A stretch of 64,000 nt of DNA from Elsinoe ampelina. Its lineage: Eukaryota. Position numbers and translations under genes: made by a program. The stretch covers positions 953,850 to 1,017,849 of the forward strand of contig ML992509.1 in assembly GCA_010093995.1 (NCBI GenBank), in the 5' to 3' direction. Under the pieces are notes generated by a model. That model saw only the letters and a list, made by a program, of their open reading frames with translations, did no database searches and had not been told where the DNA came from. Shown here piece after piece: positions 56,856 through 64,000 of the stretch (position 1 is its first letter; every line of letters begins with the position of its first letter).

Positions 56856-58978
56856 TTAGGATGAAGAACGGCCATGATCGGGGCCTGTATAAGCGCTGCC
56901 CATTGCGACGACCGGACCTTCAGGCATTTGGTAGGTAATGCTCGATGTCGTGGTCGGGTTATGAATAGATTGTTGGAACAAATCCAAGAGTCGTCGTCCC
57001 ACCGATGGCTCCAGTTCTGTACCGTCTCTTGCGATTTTAACCTCTCTGTTTGCGTTCCAAGGATTTCGTATGCCCCTTGTTCTGTAAAAAGGGAGTCGAG
57101 ATGTGCTCAGCCACTCGATTTCGAAGGGTCGACCCCAGTCTTGCTTGGCTGGGTCGTCCGACGTAGACCGCTTCTTTTCTGAAGGACGAGATGGAGCTCT
57201 CTCGGTGGATGCCTCGTGTGATCCGTCTATGCCGTCCGCTTCATCTTTCTCTGCATCAGATTCCGACGACGAATCAGCCTCCCAAAAGATAGTACCACGA
57301 GCAGAATCGTCCACCACCTTACCCTTCGGCGCGTGTTGAGTGGCTGGTGTCGGGGTTGAGGTTGGCCCGTCGACTGAGGCAGGAGTGGATGGCTCGGCCT
57401 TTGGGTTGGCGGTGACAGCGCTAGGATTGATGTTTGACTTCATTCGCGCGTAGCCAAAGTATTCGCCTGACTTGTTCGCCGAAAAGATTAAATAGACATC
57501 TTGAGCGGACTGTCAATCATGTTAGTCACGTGCTCATCCATTGCATAATACTGTAAACTTACCTCGAAAGCCTCCTTCAGAGCAGTCTCATTATGAGATT
57601 GAGTAGCCCAGATCCCGTCTCGTACACTCGCCTCCAGATCTTGAAGCGTGAGACTCTTGACAACAAAATATCGCTCAAGAACGCGCTCTTGGTTCGGACC
57701 GACAGACTCGCGGACGACTTGCAACTTTGATACACCTCCGTCCGGCCGATCTTCTCCGGTAACATCGACGGATGGTGCTGAGGTCTTCGTGTCAAAGTCT
57801 CTGTGGGGAAGTTGACCCTCGTTGGGTGCCGCTGTAGCTGGTGAAGCGTTATCCGTGGTGGGTGCAGAGATTGGGGAAAGGTTCCTATTGACGGCTAGAG
57901 GGGGCGTCGTCGTGGTTGGTGCCTGACCGTGCCGCAACCTACATACCAAACGAGCGCCATTGAAGCGTGAATCGTGGAAGCGGCTGACAGCTGATTGTGC
58001 GCTTTCGGCGGTCTTGTAATTGACAAACGCGCAATTGCTTTTCGAAACGAGAAACACGCTTTCAATATCGTTCGTGGCCCCTCGCGAGAAGTAGTCCTTG
58101 AGGTCTAGAATGGTCGTCCCCGGACTTAGATTACCCACCCAAACAGCAAAGCCTGATTGCTTTGGCTTTCTTGGAGGACCACGTGGGTACGAGGGCGTCG
58201 GTTCAAGCGTGGGTTTCGTTGTGTCAAGACCTGCGCGAAAATTGTTAGAGATTGCATACAGAATTTGTCTACTGTGGTGTATAGTACCATAGTGAGGAGT
58301 GCCGACAGGAAGGAAAGGAGCGTTGGCAGGCATTGCTCGTGAAGGTGGCGGTTGCCTTGCAAACACTTGGGGAAAATCTGACGGCTGCATTCGTGCAGGA
58401 CTTTGCGGGACTGCGAAAGCTGATTGGGGTTGCTCATACGTCAAAGGGGTGACTGCCATGTATGGGTAGCTTGGTTGTCGAAACCTTGATTGTTGTTGAG
58501 GCTCGTAGCTTGTACCAGGATGAGGGTAAGGTTGACCGGGGCCAATATCACCAGCATAATAGTTGACATTTCGGCCGAATCGAGGGTCTGCATATTGTAG
58601 AGGATGGTGATGGTATTGATATGTGGACTGATGCTGTCCTGGAATGGACGGACCTGACTGGTCGAGTCTCTGGGGAAACCTTGGATCTGCCGGCCCCCAG
58701 AGTCCCGGCTGATTCGATGCTGGATATTCTGGCGGCCCATAGGCAGGATAGGATCGATGTCGATCTCGAGGGTGTCCTGCCTCAAGCTGGGTAGTGAATG
58801 GGCTGGAATTCGACCATGGGCGCGGGTCTTCGTTATATTGAGCAGGCGGTTGAGGTCCTTCGCTGAACCTTATCGCGCTTGCATCCCCTCGTGCGATCAG
58901 ATTGGGAGTGGCAGTGACGGTCCGTGAAGGCTGCTCGCTTGAGGCATCTTGCCGTTGAGACGAGTGTCGCGAAGCCAT
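56856..58978 (-). CDS. RRM + YTH domain RNA-binding protein (intron 57510-57562; probable in-frame intron 58231-58287)
   Basis: RRM (AVWVGNL...SNCAFVNY). YTH domain (RYFVVKS...GIWATQSHNE-SAQDVYLIFSANKSGEYFGYARM...FEIEWL...NPWNANREVKIARDGTELEP). Start codon uncertain. Confidence 0.9.
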
Positions 58979-61864
58979 GGTGGTGTATTGCTTCGCTAGT
59001 GAATGATATCCACGTTGAATGTTTGTGAGTAAGCCTTCAAAACTAGACTCTGCCCGGCGCCGTGAGTTGTAATACAATCGTTGAACGTGTGAGTGCAGCC
59101 GTTGTGCAAAGTGAGGTTAAGTCTATGGGACTCGAATGAATGGAAGCTTCGTGAGTAGTCCAAGGATGTGTCGAGGTCTCGGGAAGGTCGACAAATGGTA
59201 GACTGAATCCGTGGATACGTCCTTCAGCAAGCCTGAGAGCCTGATACAATCGCCGTTGAACTCCCTGAGCATAAGTGTCGTCAGGGAACGAGGAAGAATT
59301 TTTTTTTGAATCGAGATCCAGTAAGTGAACGACTTCAGATGGGGAGGAACGTGTCTGCAGAGCACAGACGAGACGCTAAATCATTTAGCGCAGGACGGAT
59401 GCTCTAATACACAAGGGCAGGGAACCAGAGGCGGCAGGGCGGACTAGAGGGTGGTGTTGCGCTCAATGTGGGCGCACGGCTGGTTGGCTACGTGGTCTGA
59501 CGACTGATCAGCGGGCCTGGAGTGCTTGTGAAGATGCTGGCAATCAGCAAAGGAGCGGAGAAGCGTCTAGTAGCTGCGGGAACGGCAGCAGTGAAGCACA
59601 GCATGAGTGGCGGGAGGGCATGCGTTGGAGACCACGGGTGAGGCGCAAATTTGTGTAATGCGAACTGCGACCGGGTCCACATCAAAAGTGACGAACCAGA
59701 TTACGAAATCGCTACGAAGCGATTAATGGAACTCTGAGGTCAGTGGTCGGCAAGCAGAAAACGTGGAAATGTGCCGGACACGGAGGTGGCGAATGCTTCA
59801 GGCAGCAAGGGGCGGCACTGGAAGCTTTGCGCTATCAGGTCGGGACACCTGTCAGCAGCCTTCGATTTATTCCTTGTCGGACAATTTGAAGAGCGAGAGC
59901 GGCCACGGTCATGTGGCAGTGGTGGCATTGCTCCTTTGAGTGTGGCAATGACAGCCGAGATGTTGCAGTCCTTGGCGGCATTTCTCTTCATCTCGCGCGA
60001 GCTCCGACGATTTAGGCCCACATTGAGCACCGGCTGAGCTCAACTTGCTTTCGTCCGGCTCGGGTCTGTCGCGAGATTATGCGTCCCATATCGTGGGGTC
60101 AGTGGTAAGACAAGGCGTTGGACGACCCCCCAACGCCACGAAAGGGTTCCAACTCCCATGCAACAAACACATTGCGCCTTATGCTCGGCGGTACCAGTCG
60201 GGGCCTGCGGGACAAAGGAAATCTCGGGTTGCTGTCATAGGGCAGAGCGAGCTCGCTGCCTGTCGATCATGGCAGGAACCCTGTCAAGAGCGCGGGTCTA
60301 GCCACGTCGTGCATGCATCACGGCGTCTCCGGAAGACCTCGGTCTGGTGCCAGTCTCGATTGGAGGTCAAGAAACACCGACCAGGACAGAACAGGCGATG
60401 GCAGCGGTTGAATGAAGTCGAGCGACGATCGGAGCGTTACAAATCAAACAATCGGGCCATGCATTGGCACATCATGGTTCGATAAACTGACATCAAATTT
60501 GAGGCTAGTGAGGACGAGCAGGCAAAGGGACTGCTAATTTTTCGCCGCAAGTGGGGTTCCAGGGCACACGGGCCAAAATCCCACCCTGCTTTTCACCGCC
60601 ACAGGTACGCAAGCGGCTGTCAATGGGATCAGCACCGGGACAAAAGATCCGCGACAATCGAGTATCCGATTTTCCGGCCACCAGAGCATCATCAATTGAC
60701 TTCAACCCTCACGCGAGCTCTTTAAGGACATGTGCCGTGTAGTAGAGCCAGGAGAGAGGTCGTTGCAAAATTCCGAGGCGCCACGCGGGATCTTGTGGCT
60801 TTCTTAGTCTCGTGGTAGCTCGTGGTAGTGTCGATCTCTCCCACCAATCATGGTGCTGTTCTTGAATTTACATGAAAGGTCTAGAAGCTGCTCATTTTGA
60901 CAACTCCGGTGCCATGCTTCCATCGTGCACCCTCATGCAAGCCCGTTTCGCAGCGCATGTGCAGAAGTCCGTTTTTCAATCTCGGCGACAGCTCGGGCTT
61001 TCATGTATATGTTTTGCGACGTCCAAAGCAAAACTCCAAATGCTTGCGGTTGTCGTCGGTCCGTGCCAGCTCGAAAAGGGGGGTCCTGGTCGCGGACACG
61101 GACAAGCCCTCCGACTACCAGCTTGCACAAGCTTCGTCGTCCCAAACCTCCTTCCTCATGCATGCATACCGATTCATGGCCACAGCAGTGACCAAGTTTC
61201 TTATGTGGCTGATGTGGCAAGCTTCCGTGCCTCAATCAAGTTATGGCTGCTCTCCACTCTCCAATACTCGGAAGTGCACGCCTCCTTGCACAAATGCTGA
61301 AATCGGACCAATGATTGGTCAGGTGTATTATGCTTCTCACAATCTGTGCATTTGGACCCTGCCAAAGCAACCACATGCATGAGGTGTCACGCATGCCATC
61401 ATTGGGGTTTTGATATCTGGGATCTACGAACCTCACAAATGTATCCATGCGGGCGATGCAGACTTGGTCCACTTCGAGCTGATCAATCATTGCTCCCTCG
61501 TCACTGAGTCATCACATCTGCAAGGAGTCCGCCTTGCACAGCATTCCCTGCAAGTATAATCGTCACACTCCTCGAACTTGCATCTCTCTTCCTTGTCCCG
61601 TCCGAAGAATGCTCGCACGTTCGATTTCGATCGCGATCTAGCCGATCCACGCCGAGGCCGGATGCATTCCGGATGGAAATGGAACAGCGCATCACAGATG
61701 CAAGTATGATATGCTTCATTCGGGCATTTCAGACGCTACTAAGCAGCAATAACCATTCGGGGAATAACCACAAGCCTTATTCTCGTTTCAACATCGTGGT
61801 CTCTTGCTTCTGCGAGACGATCGTGTCGCTCCTCCGCTGCGTATCATCGTGGAAGTCGAGCAAT

Positions 61865-62348
61865 CTAATGATCATTACCCAATCTTTGTTGTAGTGCGAG
61901 CTGGAGTGCCCGCGTAGCCTCTCGGTGGATGTTTTGTAATGATGCCTGCTCGATTCTAATTGAGTTCTCCAGGTCGCTCTTCTGTTTGATCAAAGACTGC
62001 AGCTTTTCGAGCTGAATTTTGTGTTCATCGTGCTCTCTTGCACTGGCACTGCAATCGATCAGCGTAGTCCGTGATTTATTGTGAGATGAAATACGATTTC
62101 CTATCGCCCAGCTGGACGACCTCCTGTCTCATCTGTATAGCCTGCTCCTCATATCTCTCCTCAACTTGCTCTCGCTTCTTGACCTTTTTGTCTTTCATCT
62201 TCATGCCACGTTAATATGTAAAATACTCACTCTGATTTATACAAACCTGTTGTTGTAGCTTCTGTAGTTGTTTGGTATGTGTGAATTCATCTTGAGAGGC
62301 TTCGGGTGACTGTTCAATAGTCGCAGGCTGGCTTTCTGCTCGTGCCAT
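61865..62348 (-). CDS. Small 129-aa coiled-coil protein, 3 exons (62247-62348, 62095-62198, 61865-62048); Rec27/SYCP3-like candidate
   Basis: Introns of 48 nt (GTTTGT..TTAAC..AAG) and 46 nt (GTATTT..GCTGAT..CAG) give a 390-nt open frame encoding a Q/E/K/L heptad-rich protein. Confidence 0.72.
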
Positions 62349-62690
62349 TATGTGATGACGATAGACGCAAGTGAACAGATTCGCAGAGATACGATCACTG
62401 CTTCGATGGATGTCTTGATACGTGGCGAGATCGGTGTCGACGTCGATGGGTGTTCGGTCGTGCAGTAGCAGCTTGAGCTGTGCAAGTGGACGAAATTGCC
62501 CCGCCGGAATCCCACCCAAGTGCGAGTCATGGACATGGATGAAATTGCCAAGACTTTGCGGCGCGCTCGTCAAATTTTTGTGAAGTCGCGGGATCGATGC
62601 CACCATTCTCAGTGCCGAGTAAGGAGGTGATTAGTCTCGGGACAGATACAACATTCGTTTAGCAGGCTCGTCGCATATCAGGAATCAGTC

Positions 62691-63723
62691 ATGGGTCTAG
62701 CTGGCCCAAAGCGCCGCACGAAGATATCCTCTGATCCCAACAACACCTCCTGGTCATCCCGCACCGACCGATTTGGACACAAGATCCTCACGTCACAAGG
62801 ATGGACGCCAGGCTCGTATCTCGGAGCAAGTAACGCAAATCATCAGGAACACTACACCGCTGCCAACGCCTCTCACATACGTGTTCTCTTAAAGGACGAT
62901 AACTTGGGACTTGGAGCGAGCAGGAAACGAGAAGGAGCAGAAACATTTGGGCTTGACCAATTCTCCGGCCTGCTGGGAAGACTCAATGGCAAGACTGAGG
63001 AGACTTTGGGTAAAGAGGAGGGGGCGAGACGGGATGTGAGGCTTAGGCTATGGGCGGATCAGAGAGGAGGTGTGCGATTCGTCTCCGCTGGGTTCCTGGT
63101 TGGGGACAAGGTAGAGCAGCTTAAGAGGGAAGAGGTAGAGAGGAAAGATGCTGAAGAGAAGAAGAGGGGCAAGAAGCGGAGGGCTGATGGTAAAGTGAAA
63201 GATGCTGCGGAAACGTCTAACAATACAAGCGTTAGTGTTGGGCACGCCTGCTCAGAAGAGGAGGTTTTGGAGGAGGCTGTGGAGGCTGTGGCTTCAGACA
63301 ACGGCGACATAGGCGAGCAAGCGTCTAAGCGACGGCGGAAAGAGGAGAAGCGAAAACGCAAGGCAGAGAGAGCGCTGCGCAAGGAAGAGAAGCGATTACG
63401 GCGGGCTGCAAAGGAAGCCAAAAGGCGGGAGCGAGAAGGGGCGATATCTGTCACTTCTGCGTCCCCGTCTGTGCAAGGGACAAGTGGGACTTCGACGCCA
63501 GATACAGCGGAGGGGAATGTGAGAGTGAAATCTTCCGAGTCTGATGGTCCGAAACAGACACAAACGATACCCAGGAGGATGATCAGATCACGGTACATTC
63601 AGCAGAAAAGGATGGCCGGGCTGGACCCGCAAGCACTCAAAGAGGTAAGCCGCTGGATTCATATGCCCAAGGATTGCATCTCTGACTTGACTATAGATAT
63701 TTATGATCAAGACTCCTTCATGA
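62691..63723 (+). CDS. PXR1: G-patch protein Pxr1/PinX1 (intron 63645-63696)
   Basis: MGLAGPKRRTKISSDPNNTSW, G-patch FGHKILTSQGWTPGSYLG...KDDNLGLGA, K/E-rich middle, and spliced tail DPQALKE-IFMIKTPS. Confidence 0.93.
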
Positions 63724-64000
63724 TTGACTCGCGTATGCTATGGGAGGGCATTGTGCGCAGCCTAGACAAATATAGACGAATGCATAATGACAACAGCCCG
63801 CTAGACGCTAGAGCTCACCCTTCAATTTACGCATTGAGGCTGAAGATGTCCTCAAGTCTCAGAACCAAGCAAAGTGCTCCGTCTCATTGGCAGATGATCA
63901 TTGTGCTAGGAACCTTCCACCTTCACCTTCACGTCTATTGCATCACTTCGCGCTAAGTCCAGTAAATCCGACGCCACCAGGCGGCGATCGCTCGCCGCCC

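Noticed and set aside
61500..62348. Mmi1-type DSR (TNAAAC) cluster in the Rec27-like transcript
   Set aside because: I found only about two matches (TCAAAC, TGAAAC), which is not above chance.
63724..63956. C-terminal extension of PXR1 shown in the ORF track (421 aa)
   Set aside because: It is intron read-through. Splicing 63645-63696 gives the family-typical ALKEIFMIK end with a stop at 63723.
1..64000. Transposons, tRNA/rRNA genes, CRISPR arrays, RIP-degraded AT-rich blocks, telomeric repeats
   Set aside because: None were recognised by eye. A tRNAscan-SE, Infernal or RepeatModeler run would be needed to exclude short or degenerate elements.

Overview
Compact, intron-containing eukaryotic DNA from a filamentous ascomycete (Pezizomycotina; Eurotiomycete/black-yeast affinity is only an inference). 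It holds about 26 protein-coding genes, mostly with 45-60 nt GT-AG introns and CTRAC-type branch sites. In order: ING/Pho23-like (partial), DLT1, a Cys-motif low-complexity protein, cytochrome P450, PAQR/IZH, THOC5, MSH4, nitronate monooxygenase-like, DGA1, SDH6/SDHAF1, RhoGEF-BAR-SH3, QNS1, a GPI-anchored Cys-rich protein, GPD1, type II NADH dehydrogenase, GDB1, MDM31, a GT8 glycosyltransferase, an ABHD12-like hydrolase, an uncharacterised membrane protein, MSH3, CDC6, an M19 dipeptidase, an RRM+YTH protein, a small three-exon coiled-coil gene and PXR1. I recognised no transposon, tRNA/rRNA gene, CRISPR array or secondary-metabolite backbone gene. Two signals stand out. (1) About nine 0.7-1.3 kb islands switch from C-rich to G-rich on the + strand regardless of gene orientation, and the bias covers codons, introns and flanks. 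(2) A spliced 129-aa coiled-coil gene, not assembled in the ORF track, resembles the meiotic axis/linear-element protein Rec27 (comparison from memory, unverified). Gene models and splice sites were read by eye.
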